A DNA stretch of 64,000 bases from Blastocatellia bacterium. Lineage in GTDB: Bacteria; Acidobacteriota; Blastocatellia; UBA7656. The notes under the pieces are model-generated. The model saw only the letters and a program-made list of their open reading frames with translations. It was not told where the DNA came from and did no database searches. The DNA lies in contig DATFGX010000007.1 in assembly GCA_035248905.1 (NCBI GenBank), positions 4,700 through 68,699 of the forward strand, written 5' to 3'. The first letter of the stretch is position 1; each line of letters opens with the position of its first letter. A program made the translations under genes and the position numbers. This document shows positions 23,577 to 32,580 of the stretch, piece by piece.

Positions 23577-25387
23577 GGCAGTGTCGTGTCGAGCGAACCG
23601 ATGCGGTCGGTCGCAATCGAGAAGTAGCGCACCAGCGCGTCGCGGTAGGTGTTCATCTTTTGCAGCGTCGCCGCCGACGCTTGCGCGCCCGAGTCCGTCA
23701 GCAGGATGAACGCGACGCGGAAAGTCTTCGGCGCCGTCGCCGCGTCGGGCAGGCGCGGCCCTTCGCGCGAGATGATCTGCTCGACGTGCCCCGTGCGTTT
23801 GATGGCGTTCACCGAAAAGCCCGACACCGGCGACTTCTCGCGCAGCAACGCATGCAGTTGCGCGTCGGTTTCGAGATACGTAAACGGCGGCACCTCTTCG
23901 GGCGGGCGCAGCCCCATCAAATACTGTTCAAGGCGCGAGAAATAATTGACCGCCGTCTCGCTGGTCGTAAACAGGCTGCCGCCGCTATCGCGCCAGGCGT
24001 TGCCTTCCATCAGCGCCGAGAAGCTGCCTTCCGTGTTCGTGCGCGTGTCGAGGAAGAAGCTCCAGTGCGAATCATCGCGACCGAGCAATATATTCTCGTC
24101 GTCGCCGCTTGAGCGCACGTAAGCCAGCCAGCGGTGGCCCAGCTCATGGCAGACGATGCTGATGGCCGAGTTGATCCCGGCCATGTTAGCTTGCGGATCA
24201 TTGGGCCAATCGTTCTGGTTGCCCATCGTGATGATGGTCGAAAGCTGCGCCGCGCTGCCGTAGATCGCCCCGCGATCAAAAATCTTTAAGCCGATGCCGC
24301 TAATGTCGTTGCGCACGTTGAACGAGTGCGCGACGCCGAGGCCGTTGTCATAAGCGAAGTCGGCCCAGATGAACACCGTATCCACTTCGTCTGTGTGCGT
24401 GCGATAAAACGCCCGCAACAGCGCCGGCAGATCCAATTGTCGCTGCTTGGAAAAGATTTGAAACAGCGGCCCGCGAATGACCGCGTCGGGCGGATCGGTG
24501 AAGATGAGCGGCTGCGCTTCTTGCTCAAAGCTGCCCGGCGACAGGCCGACGAGCGCCGTGCGCGCCTTCACTTTTTTATAGACGAAGGCGATGCGCCCAT
24601 CGTCATAGAGCACGGCTTGACATGTGCTCAGGCCGCCGTAGCCTGCTTCAGGCACGCTGCTCCAGGTGATGACATGGCGGCCTTCGAGACGATTGTAATA
24701 AACCCCATCGCCGCTGCTGGTGTCGAGATTCGCCCAGAGCGGCGCGATGCGCGGCGCATTGGCCGTGAACGTCGTGACCGAGGGCCGCGCGCTGGTGTCG
24801 CCTTGAGCGAAGGTGATGTAGCCGTTCGTGCCGACGTAGATGGTGTTGTAAGTCACACCATAGAAAGTGAACGGCGCGGCGCCGAGCGGGATGTCGCGGT
24901 AGCCGCTGATGCCTGTGCTCAACTGGCCGTCAATGCCGAAGAAGCTGCTCACCTGCGTGCCAATATTTTTCGTGAAAGGAATGTTGGCAGGCGTCGTGCG
25001 GTAGCCGTCGGCTTCGGGCGTGAACAACACGGCGCGCTTCGCCAGGTCGAAAGCCGACGGCGGCACGATGATCGAGCCGTCGTCTTCGATGATGGCAAGG
25101 TTGCCCTGGTCTTGAGCTTGCGCCGTGATGTGGGGCGTGCTTTGGGGCGCGAACCGGTCACGCGCCCGCAGCGCGTGCATCTGGTGAAGGGCGAGGGCTT
25201 CTTCTGCGCCGTGCGCGTCAAAGCCGCAAGCAAAACGCGGCAGCGCCCGCACAGTCACGCGGACGCGCGCTTCATCCTGGTTCGGCGATGGGGTGATGCT
25301 GGCGCGCGTGCTGGCGAACGTGAGCGCCAGGATGAAGGCCGCCAGCGCGCCGGCAATCCAGACCATGCGTGAGTGAGTTGCTGCCAT
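23567..25387 (-). CDS. Secreted zinc metalloprotease (HEXXH: VCHELGHRW)
   Basis: Signal peptide MAATHSRMVWIAGALAAFILALTFAS. HELGH zinc-binding motif present. Peptidase family not identified. Confidence 0.55.
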   Translation of the reverse strand: MAATHSRMVWIAGALAAFILALTFASTRASITPSPNQDEARVRVTVRALPRFACGFDAHGAEEALALHQMHALRARDRFAPQSTPHITAQAQDQGNLAIIEDDGSIIVPPSAFDLAKRAVLFTPEADGYRTTPANIPFTKNIGTQVSSFFGIDGQLSTGISGYRDIPLGAAPFTFYGVTYNTIYVGTNGYITFAQGDTSARPSVTTFTANAPRIAPLWANLDTSSGDGVYYNRLEGRHVITWSSVPEAGYGGLSTCQAVLYDDGRIAFVYKKVKARTALVGLSPGSFEQEAQPLIFTDPPDAVIRGPLFQIFSKQRQLDLPALLRAFYRTHTDEVDTVFIWADFAYDNGLGVAHSFNVRNDISGIGLKIFDRGAIYGSAAQLSTIITMGNQNDWPNDPQANMAGINSAISIVCHELGHRWLAYVRSSGDDENILLGRDDSHWSFFLDTRTNTEGSFSALMEGNAWRDSGGSLFTTSETAVNYFSRLEQYLMGLRPPEEVPPFTYLETDAQLHALLREKSPVSGFSVNAIKRTGHVEQIISREGPRLPDAATAPKTFRVAFILLTDSGAQASAATLQKMNTYRDALVRYFSIATDRIGSLDTTLPQK

Positions 25388-25456
25388 ACTTTTGATCGTC
25401 AAGGTGCAGAGAAGCTTGCCGCCGGCATTATAGGAGACAAAGCCGGCGGCGGCAAT

Positions 25457-26041
25457 TCAAGAGAGCAGCCGGGTGAGCCAATCAGGATGGATGTGCCAGC
25501 CGATCAATCCTGCCAGTCCCATGATAAAGCCGAACGCGCCGAAGCCGAGCGACGCCCACAGCAGCCACGTCTTTCGCGCCAACGCGGTCACCGCCAGCAT
25601 CGCCAGCGCCACCGACAGCATCGCATCCGACAGGTCGAATTGATCGTCGCGAAAGTTCAGCGCGTCATACTGCTTCTCAAGCCCGCGGGCCTTGTCTTGT
25701 AGCTCGTTCTCGTCATTCTGATAGCGGGCGATGTCCGCTTCGTAACGCTTGATCTGTTCGTCAAACAGCGCCGCCGCCGGTGGCGCCGTTGCGGTCGCAC
25801 GCAGCGCGGTGGTTTGGTCGCGCCCTAACTCCGACAGATGATGCTTGATGCGTTTGGACTGGTACTCTGACCAGGTGTCGACGGCGTCCGACTTCGCCTG
25901 CAACATCGCCTGAACGATGTTGTCGTCTTTGACTTTGGTGATGGCCATAAAGGCAGCGAGCAAGGCGACGGCGACGGCGACTGTATTGTTTAAACGATCT
26001 CTGCCGTTCGACTCCGAGGGTAACGCGGGAGGGCTTTCCAT
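25457..26041 (-). CDS. DUF4337-like membrane protein (N- and C-terminal TM helices flanking a coiled coil)
   Basis: Architecture is TM (VAVAVALLAAFMAI), a long coiled coil, then a C-terminal TM pair. Confidence 0.5.
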   Translation of the reverse strand: MESPPALPSESNGRDRLNNTVAVAVALLAAFMAITKVKDDNIVQAMLQAKSDAVDTWSEYQSKRIKHHLSELGRDQTTALRATATAPPAAALFDEQIKRYEADIARYQNDENELQDKARGLEKQYDALNFRDDQFDLSDAMLSVALAMLAVTALARKTWLLWASLGFGAFGFIMGLAGLIGWHIHPDWLTRLLS

Positions 26042-26117
26042 AGACGCTCCGAATTCAGGCCGAGGGGTGAGATGCCGCACGCATTATAAGCACAACCGGC
26101 TCAGTGTCGCCACTCAT

Positions 26118-26636
26118 CTACTCTTCACGAGAAGAAGCCAGCGAGATCAATTTGACCAACAGGGTGATATATTCGTTCAGCAACTGAATGGCTTCCTCTC
26201 GCTGCTTGATCTGTTCTTCCAGTAGATGAATCCGCTGATGCAATAAGTCCACCGCTTGGCGGGCTAGCCGATGGGCCACAAGCGGCGGGCGATTCAGATG
26301 CAGAAGGCGAATGTGAAATTCGCCAGTTGGCGTCAATGGACGAAGCTCTCCGGTCGCTTCGTCTTCTCTGATGTGCAGGGCAAGATTATGACGGTGGGGA
26401 TGAAGAACGTATTGACCAGCAGCCTCTTCTTCTGTCGAAGGCCAGTAGTCGCCTTTGTATTGATTGCATTTGTGACAGGCATAGACGAGGTTCTCAAGCT
26501 CGTCGGCCCCGCCCGCCGAGCGTGGTTGATAATGATCGACAGTTAATTCAGAGCCAGCCGCATATTCTTCCACTCCGCAATAACCGCAGCGATACTGGAA
26601 TGCGCGGCGCACAGATTCGTGTAGCGGGTGGGCCAT
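26118..26636 (-). CDS. HNH endonuclease
   Basis: CGYCG...ELTVDHYQPRSAGGADELENLVYACHKCNQYKG is a canonical HNH motif (zinc-binding Cys pairs plus catalytic His/Asn). About 172 aa. Confidence 0.8.
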   Translation of the reverse strand: MAHPLHESVRRAFQYRCGYCGVEEYAAGSELTVDHYQPRSAGGADELENLVYACHKCNQYKGDYWPSTEEEAAGQYVLHPHRHNLALHIREDEATGELRPLTPTGEFHIRLLHLNRPPLVAHRLARQAVDLLHQRIHLLEEQIKQREEAIQLLNEYITLLVKLISLASSREE

Positions 26637-26696
26637 CTCGCGCTGAGTGTCACCGCAATCGCCTCGAAAGGCAAGCAAATAATGCGCGAGGTTAAA

Positions 26697-26780
26697 AATA
26701 GTGTGTGCGGTGTGAGGCGGTGTGAAGAGTAGTGAAGCGGTGTGAGGAATAGTGAGGAATTGTGAAGTGGAGGGATGCCG
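26697..26780. repeat. Tandem heptamer-like array (GGTGTGA / AGTGAAG units)
   Basis: GTGTGTGCGGTGTGAGGCGGTGTGAAGAGTAGTGAAGCGGTGTGAGGAATAGTGAGGAATTGTGAAGTGG. It lies between the full HNH gene and its duplicated 5' fragment. Confidence 0.7.
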
Positions 26781-26826
26781 GCAAGCGCACGGGGCTGAAC
26801 GTGGTTGATAATGATCGACAGTCAAT

Positions 26827-26895
26827 TCAGAGCCAGCCGCGGACTCTTCCACACTGGAATGCGCGGCGCACGGATTCGTGTAGCGGGTGGGCCAT
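26827..26895 (-). pseudogene. Duplicated, frame-disrupted 5' fragment of the HNH endonuclease gene
   Basis: 26797-26900 is a near-identical direct repeat of 26521-26640, with a ~20 nt internal deletion. It encodes MAHPLHESVRRAFQ and then runs out of frame. Its ATG overlaps the stop of the upstream small ORF (TGATG). Confidence 0.65.
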
Positions 26896-27215
26896 CAGAC
26901 GTCGATGCCGAGGGGTTCTCCAGTCAATGCAGCATATTGTTTTTCCAGATCGGTCGCCCGTTGGCGCAAGGATGTCTCCTGTCGAGCCAATTGCTGATTG
27001 CGCCCAATCAACTCTCGCAGTCGCTCTTGTAAAGGACGCAGGGTTTCTGCCGCAGTACGCAAGCTGGCCCACTCTTCAGTTTCCAACTCAGCGCACCCGG
27101 CTTGATAGATTTGATTGTCTGCATCAGAGAGCGTCTCGCCCTTACTGACACGCCGATGCAATGCCCACCAGATTTTTTTCTGCTGTTCGTCCATCACCAT
27201 TCGCCTCGCGCTCAA
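26895..27215 (-). CDS. Small hypothetical coiled-coil protein (106 aa), originally translationally coupled to the HNH gene
   Basis: Its stop overlaps the ATG of the HNH 5' copy. No recognisable domain. Confidence 0.45.
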   Translation of the reverse strand: MSARRMVMDEQQKKIWWALHRRVSKGETLSDADNQIYQAGCAELETEEWASLRTAAETLRPLQERLRELIGRNQQLARQETSLRQRATDLEKQYAALTGEPLGIDV

Positions 27216-27295
27216 AAGACTGTTTCAAGCCCCTTCATTTTAGCAAATTAATCTCTCTTCATTCACCATTATTCCCTTCAATGAAGCGTGCAGGT

Positions 27296-29995
27296 TCAGT
27301 GTCGCCACTCATCGATCAACGATGCCACGAGCGCCGTCCAGCCGGTCTGGTGCGACGCGCCAATGCCCGCGCCGTTGTCGCCATGAAAGTACTCGTAAAA
27401 CAGAATGTAATCTTTCCAGTGCGGGTCTTCCTGGAATTTCTTCGAGCCGCCGTAGACTGGGCGGCGGCCTGATTCGTCGCGCGTGAAGATTTTAATCATG
27501 CGGTTGGCCGCCGTCTCGGCCATATCGGAGAGCGTCACTTCGTCGTCACGGCCCGCCAGCCGCATCTTGAAGCTCGACCCATAAGCCTTGCCCAGTTTTC
27601 TGATTGATTCGATCAACAGAAACGTCGTCGGGAACCAGAGCGGCCCGCGCCAGTTCGAGTTGCCGCCCTTGATCTTGTTGTCCGACTCCGCTGGCTCGTA
27701 GCGCACTTCGCTGCTGCCGAAAACATACGGGTGCTGCTCGTGATACTTCGACAAACTGCGAATGCCGTAGTCAGACAGGAACTCGTCGGCGTTGAAGACG
27801 CGCCAGAGGATGCTCGCCATTTGCTCTCGATCAACGATGGCCAGCACGTAAACTTTCAAGCCGTCGTGCTCAATCTCATGAACGCAGTTCTGCACGATGT
27901 CCTGGCGGTTGCGCACGAACCATTCCATGTTGCCTTTGAAATCCGCGAAGGGCGTGATCCAGTCCATCTCCAAACGCTCGACGGCGTAGAGCGGAATGAT
28001 GCCGACAAGCGAGCGCACGCGGAACTTGTGAAACTCGCCATTCGCGTAGCGCAGCACGTCGTAAAAGAATTCGTCGCGCTCGTCCCACAAACTGTACTCG
28101 CGCCCGCCGCGATGCTTCATCGCCGCGCCGACGTAGACATAGTGCTCGAAGAATTTCGTCGCCAGCCCTTCATACACTGGGTTCTCTTTCGACAACTCAA
28201 TGGCGATGCGCATGAGGTTCAAGCAGAACATGCCCATCCAGCCCGTCGCGTCCGACTGTTCGAGCACGACACCGTCTTGCAGCTTTTCGCTGCGGTCAAT
28301 CACCGTAATGTTGTCGAGTCCGAGAAAGCCGCCTTCGAAAATGTTGTTGCCTTCGCGGTCTACTTTGTTCACCCACCAAGCGAAGTTGATCAGCAGCTTG
28401 TGAAAACATTTTTCGAGCCAGGCGCGGTCGGCCACCCCGCTGCGAATGCGATCCATGTTGTAGACGCGCCAGCAGGCCCACGCATGCACCGGCGGGTTCA
28501 AGTCGGCGAACTCCCACTCGTAAGCCGGTATCTGGCCGCTCGGATGTTGGAACTGCTCGAACAGCATCAGCCAGAGATTCTCTTTGGCGAATTCGGGATC
28601 AACTAGCGCCAGCGGCACGCATTGAAAGGCCAGGTCCCAGGCGGCGAACCAGGGGTACTCCCACTTGTCGGGCATCGTCAGCACGCGCAGCGAATTCAGG
28701 TGCAGCCAGTGCTGGTTGCGTATGTTCCAGCGCGACTGAGGCGGCGGGTCGTCGGGGTTGTCGCCTTCGAGCCATTCGTGCACGTCGAAGATGTAGCTCT
28801 GCTTCGCCCACAACAGGCCGGCGAACGCCTGCCGTTGCACGCGGCGTTCGTCTTCGCTCGCCTTAGGCGGGTGAATGTGCTCGTAAAACTCGTCGGCCTC
28901 TTTCTGCCGCTCTGCAAACAGCGCGTCGAAGTCAGCGAACGGCGAGCCATCGCTCAACTGGTCGGGCGTCAGCCGCAAGCGCATCGTCACCGAGCCGCCC
29001 GCCGGCACCTGCGCTTTGTAATGGAAACAACTCTTGGTGCCGCGCCGCTCCGGGTTGATCGCCGGCTCCTGGTTGATGACGTAGCGATGAAAGGCGTCCT
29101 TGAAATAATCCGAGCCTGAGGTGTTGCGCGGCTGCCGATCTATTGCCGGGTTGGTTTCGTTGTTCGTAAACAGCGCCTCGGCGTCGGCGTCGCAATAGAG
29201 ATAACGCGCGCCGATGTGATACTTGAACGGAATCGTCTTGAGCATCTCGGCGGGCGTGTGATCGGCGACGAGGCTCGTGAAGCCATCACCGTGCGGGCCG
29301 GCGGTGATTACAGGCTGCGGGCCGGGCGGGTTCGTCCAGCCCCAGGTGTTGCGGAACCAGAGGTGCGGCAGCACGTGCAGCGGCGCCGCTTCCGGCCCGC
29401 GGTTGAATGCCGTGATGCGGATCAGGAGGTCATCGGGTGCGGCCTTGGCGTATTCGACGAACACGTCGAAGTAGCGGTCGTCGTCAAAGATGCCCGTGTC
29501 CAGCAACTCGTACTCGAAGCCGCGCCCGCCGCGCCGCTGATTCTCTTCGATCAGTTGATTGTAAGGAAACTCACGTTGCGGATATTTGTAGAGGTACTTC
29601 ATGTACGAGTGCGTCGGCGTCGAGTCGAGATAGAAGTAATACTCTTTGACGTCTTCGCCGTGGTTGCCTTCGTAAGGGACGAGGCCGAAGGCGCGCTCTT
29701 TCAAGATCGGGTCGCGCTCGTTCCACAGCGCCAGCGCGAAGACCAGCAACTGGTAACGATCCGAGATGCCCGCCAGCCCGTCTTCGCCCCAGCGGTAGGC
29801 TTTGGCGCGCGCCAGGTCATGCGGCAGGTGACGCCAGGCGTCGCCGTCGGCGCTGTAGTCTTCGCGTACTGTGCCCCAGGCGCGCTCGCTGACGTACGGT
29901 CCCCAGCGCCGCCACAGCGGCACGCCTTCGCCGCGTTCTCTGAGCCGTGCATGTTCTCTAGTCGGAGGAGGGTGCGCGTGCGCTTGATTTTTCAT
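27296..29995 (-). CDS. Large glycoside hydrolase, GH63-like/MGH1-like (putative glucosidase)
   Basis: N-terminal region [52 protein letters not shown] and the ~890 aa size match the bacterial GH63-like family. Assignment is from memory. Confidence 0.6.
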   Translation of the reverse strand: MKNQAHAHPPPTREHARLRERGEGVPLWRRWGPYVSERAWGTVREDYSADGDAWRHLPHDLARAKAYRWGEDGLAGISDRYQLLVFALALWNERDPILKERAFGLVPYEGNHGEDVKEYYFYLDSTPTHSYMKYLYKYPQREFPYNQLIEENQRRGGRGFEYELLDTGIFDDDRYFDVFVEYAKAAPDDLLIRITAFNRGPEAAPLHVLPHLWFRNTWGWTNPPGPQPVITAGPHGDGFTSLVADHTPAEMLKTIPFKYHIGARYLYCDADAEALFTNNETNPAIDRQPRNTSGSDYFKDAFHRYVINQEPAINPERRGTKSCFHYKAQVPAGGSVTMRLRLTPDQLSDGSPFADFDALFAERQKEADEFYEHIHPPKASEDERRVQRQAFAGLLWAKQSYIFDVHEWLEGDNPDDPPPQSRWNIRNQHWLHLNSLRVLTMPDKWEYPWFAAWDLAFQCVPLALVDPEFAKENLWLMLFEQFQHPSGQIPAYEWEFADLNPPVHAWACWRVYNMDRIRSGVADRAWLEKCFHKLLINFAWWVNKVDREGNNIFEGGFLGLDNITVIDRSEKLQDGVVLEQSDATGWMGMFCLNLMRIAIELSKENPVYEGLATKFFEHYVYVGAAMKHRGGREYSLWDERDEFFYDVLRYANGEFHKFRVRSLVGIIPLYAVERLEMDWITPFADFKGNMEWFVRNRQDIVQNCVHEIEHDGLKVYVLAIVDREQMASILWRVFNADEFLSDYGIRSLSKYHEQHPYVFGSSEVRYEPAESDNKIKGGNSNWRGPLWFPTTFLLIESIRKLGKAYGSSFKMRLAGRDDEVTLSDMAETAANRMIKIFTRDESGRRPVYGGSKKFQEDPHWKDYILFYEYFHGDNGAGIGASHQTGWTALVASLIDEWRH

Positions 29996-30099
29996 AGCCT
30001 CTGCTGTGAGCCGAAGAGATTTGCCAACAACAACCGTTCGCGCCGTACTATATGCGAGCCGTGGCGGGATGACAAGAAGAAGCGGCTAGAGGTTGTGTG

Positions 30100-30250
30100 A
30101 AAAGTCCCGTAGGGACGTGATGTTTATAGTTGCAGGCAGCGAAAAGAATCCAAGCCCCGTAGGGGCGTAATGTCCAGATGCCGCTCCTACGGAGCTCATA
30201 TCATTAACGCCATCGGTGACTATAAACATGGCGCTCCTAACGGAGCTTCC
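30100..30250. repeat. Cluster of four related short hairpins (GTCCCGTAGGGAC, GCCCCGTAGGGGC, GCTCCTACGGAGC, GCTCCTAACGGAGC)
   Basis: Seen directly in the 255 nt gap between the PP2C stop and the GH63-like start. Units 1 and 4 are reverse-complement-like (...ATGTTTATAGT). Confidence 0.6.
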
Positions 30251-31501
30251 TCAGCTTTGCGGCTGTGGCGAGCTCGGCTGATCGCTCGATGGTTGGCTCT
30301 CAGGTTGACTCTCGGCGGGCGGCGGCGCGGCGGGCGGCGCCACCGATCTCGCGTAGTAGCGGTAGACGAAGTAGACGGTCGCGGCGATCAGCAGCAACGC
30401 GCCGATGGCCATAATGATGATCGCCGTGTAGCTCTTCTTTTGATACTGCACATGACCGGCTTGCACAAACTCCGGCGAAACGTAAGGCGACACGGCGTCG
30501 CCTATGGCCGGTGCGGCTGCCGACTGCGGCGCAGGCTGTGGCTGCGTGTAGTCGGCGGCCTGTGCTTCGTCGACGACCGGCACGCGCAGCACCGCAGTCC
30601 TGTCGGGGTTGGGTGGCGGCGCGCTGTAGTTGCTGCCGGTGGCCGTGAAGTAATCTTCGTGCGTGCCCGCGAGGCTGCCGGTGATCGTCTGCGCGTCGCT
30701 CGCCGCCTGCAAGCCATCGCCGTCAAAGCGCGCCAGTACCACGGTGATGTTATCTTCGCCGCCGCGCTCGTTGGCGATGTTGATCAACGCACGCGAGGCG
30801 GCCTTGAGATCGCCGGCCTGCTCGACCGCTTGTTTCATCTCGTCCGGCCCTAACTTATTCGACAAGCCGTCGCTGCACAGCAGCAGACAATCGTTGCGGC
30901 ACAGGCGAATCGTGGTCAGCGCCACCTTGACGTTCGGCTGCGTGCCGAGCGCCTGCATGATGACGTTCTGCGGCACCGACGCCGCCTGTTCGGGTTGAAT
31001 CGCCCCCGCGTCAATCAACATCTGCACGAACGATTGATCTTTGGTGAGCTGCTTGATCTGCGGCCCGCGGATCAGGTAAGCCCGCGAGTCGCCGACTTGC
31101 GCAATGTAAGCCAGGCCGCTCTGCACGATGGTCGCCGTGACGGTCGCGCCCATGCCGCTCAGTTCAGGGTTCGCCTGCGCCTCGTTCCAGATGCGCTCGT
31201 TGGCGTTTTCGGTGGCGATGCGCAAGCGCACCGCTGTCTCCATATCAGGCGGGCTTTCCATCAGCGATTCGCGGATGGTCGTGACCGCCAGCTCGCTAGC
31301 GACTTCGCCCGCCGCGGCGCCGCCCATGCCGTCCGAGACGATCAACAGGCTGCCGCGCTCGCCCATCGGGTGGCTGCTCATTTCCGGCCCCAGGCCGACC
31401 GCGCCGGTCGTCAGGTCGGCGACCAGGAAGGCATCTTCGTTGCCGCTGCGATGCATGCCGATGTCTGTGCCGGCGTAGACGGAGACTTGAATCTTGCTCA
31501 T
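30251..31501 (-). CDS. PP2C-family Ser/Thr phosphatase with C-terminal TM helix and Pro-rich tail
   Basis: PP2C motifs GNEDAFLV, LLIVSDGMGGAAAGEVAS, AQVGDSRAYL, LLLCSDGLSN and GGEDNITVVLARF are present. The start lies 4 nt after the FHA gene stop. Confidence 0.85.
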   Translation of the reverse strand: MSKIQVSVYAGTDIGMHRSGNEDAFLVADLTTGAVGLGPEMSSHPMGERGSLLIVSDGMGGAAAGEVASELAVTTIRESLMESPPDMETAVRLRIATENANERIWNEAQANPELSGMGATVTATIVQSGLAYIAQVGDSRAYLIRGPQIKQLTKDQSFVQMLIDAGAIQPEQAASVPQNVIMQALGTQPNVKVALTTIRLCRNDCLLLCSDGLSNKLGPDEMKQAVEQAGDLKAASRALINIANERGGEDNITVVLARFDGDGLQAASDAQTITGSLAGTHEDYFTATGSNYSAPPPNPDRTAVLRVPVVDEAQAADYTQPQPAPQSAAAPAIGDAVSPYVSPEFVQAGHVQYQKKSYTAIIIMAIGALLLIAATVYFVYRYYARSVAPPAAPPPAESQPESQPSSDQPSSPQPQS

Positions 31502-31505
31502 CGTT

Positions 31506-32495
31506 CTAGAGTTCAAAGCGGAAAAGCTGTTTGCCGATCAAGATCATATCGCCGGGCTGCAACTCGACTTCGCCCTTGATCTTGATGAAGGTGCCGTTGC
31601 GGCTGCCGGCGTCCGTCAGCACGTAGCTCGAACCGCGCCGCTCGATGCGCGCATGGCGGCCCGACATGAAGCCGTCGTGCGGGAATGTGATGTCGCCCTG
31701 ACTGCGCCCGACGACGGTGTCATCGCTGAGGTCAAAGACTTCGCCCTGCTGCCCGCCTTCCATCACCAGATGCAGGCGACCGCGCGGCGCGGCCAGCGGC
31801 GATGCCATGACGATGGTGCGGGCGACGGTCAGCACCGTGCCGCAGTTGGCGCAGAAAGAGCTGCCGGGATTGTTCGCATAGTTACACTTCGGACAGGCGA
31901 GCGCGCCGGCTGCCGGCGAGGCCATCGGTTGCGCAGTCGTCACGGGCGGCGCGGCCACCGGCGGCGACATAACCGGCGGCGGCGCGACCGGCGGCGCGGC
32001 GGGTTGCTCAGCATCGCCCGGTGGCGGTGCCACTACCGTCGACAGGTCCGGGCGAAAATCTGCCGGCATCACGGGCCGCGGCTCGGCGACCGTCCGCAAG
32101 TCCGGCGGCGGTGGCGGCGGGGTGATCGGCTCGGTCTTCGGACGATTGACAACGACCGTCTGCATGTTGTGATCGGGCGGCATCTCGGTCGGCACCGTCT
32201 TGAATCCTTGCGGCGCGTCCGCCTGCGGCGGCGCCGGCAAGCGCTGGCCGCACTGCTGGCAGAATGACCAGCCGGCTTCATTCAGCGTGTGACAATTCGG
32301 GCATTCAATCTCCGCAGGCTGTGCCGCAGGGGCTTCCGGACGCTCGCTGGCAATAATGGTCGGCGGAAAGCCGCCGCCTTGCCCCGGCGCCGGGTTGGCG
32401 TATTGCGCCGCTTCGGGAATCGGGGCTGCGCACATCCGGCAGACGGTCGAGCCAGGCTTGTTGCTCGCCCCGCAATTCGGACAGATAGTCATCAT
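31506..32495 (-). CDS. FHA-domain protein with three N-terminal zinc-ribbon motifs and a Pro-rich linker
   Basis: The three zinc ribbons are CPNCG...CRMC, CPNCH...CQQCG and CPKCN...CANCG. The C-terminal FHA domain is GRSQGDITFPHDGFMSGRHARIERRGSSYVLTDAGSRNGTFI. AAGGGAG RBS before MMTICPN. The longer upstream start runs through a heptamer repeat. Confidence 0.85.
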   Translation of the reverse strand: MMTICPNCGASNKPGSTVCRMCAAPIPEAAQYANPAPGQGGGFPPTIIASERPEAPAAQPAEIECPNCHTLNEAGWSFCQQCGQRLPAPPQADAPQGFKTVPTEMPPDHNMQTVVVNRPKTEPITPPPPPPDLRTVAEPRPVMPADFRPDLSTVVAPPPGDAEQPAAPPVAPPPVMSPPVAAPPVTTAQPMASPAAGALACPKCNYANNPGSSFCANCGTVLTVARTIVMASPLAAPRGRLHLVMEGGQQGEVFDLSDDTVVGRSQGDITFPHDGFMSGRHARIERRGSSYVLTDAGSRNGTFIKIKGEVELQPGDMILIGKQLFRFEL

Positions 32496-32580
32496 TCGAT
32501 AAGCTCCCTTTTCGATATCGCCCTGATTATACGCAAAGGCCAGGGGCGGAGAAAGCCTTCTTGTCACTTGTCACTTGTCA

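Noticed and set aside
26827-27072. 81 aa ORF overlapping the small coiled-coil gene
   Set aside because: It is out of frame for most of its length. Only its last 22 codons (MAHPLHESVRRAFQ...) are meaningful, as the duplicated HNH 5' fragment, annotated as a pseudogene.
30100-30250. Possible CRISPR array (hairpin cluster), and likewise the heptamer arrays
   Set aside because: The units are 13-29 nt and irregularly spaced. Orientation is mixed (direct and inverted). No cas genes and no leader. Heptamer arrays have no spacers.
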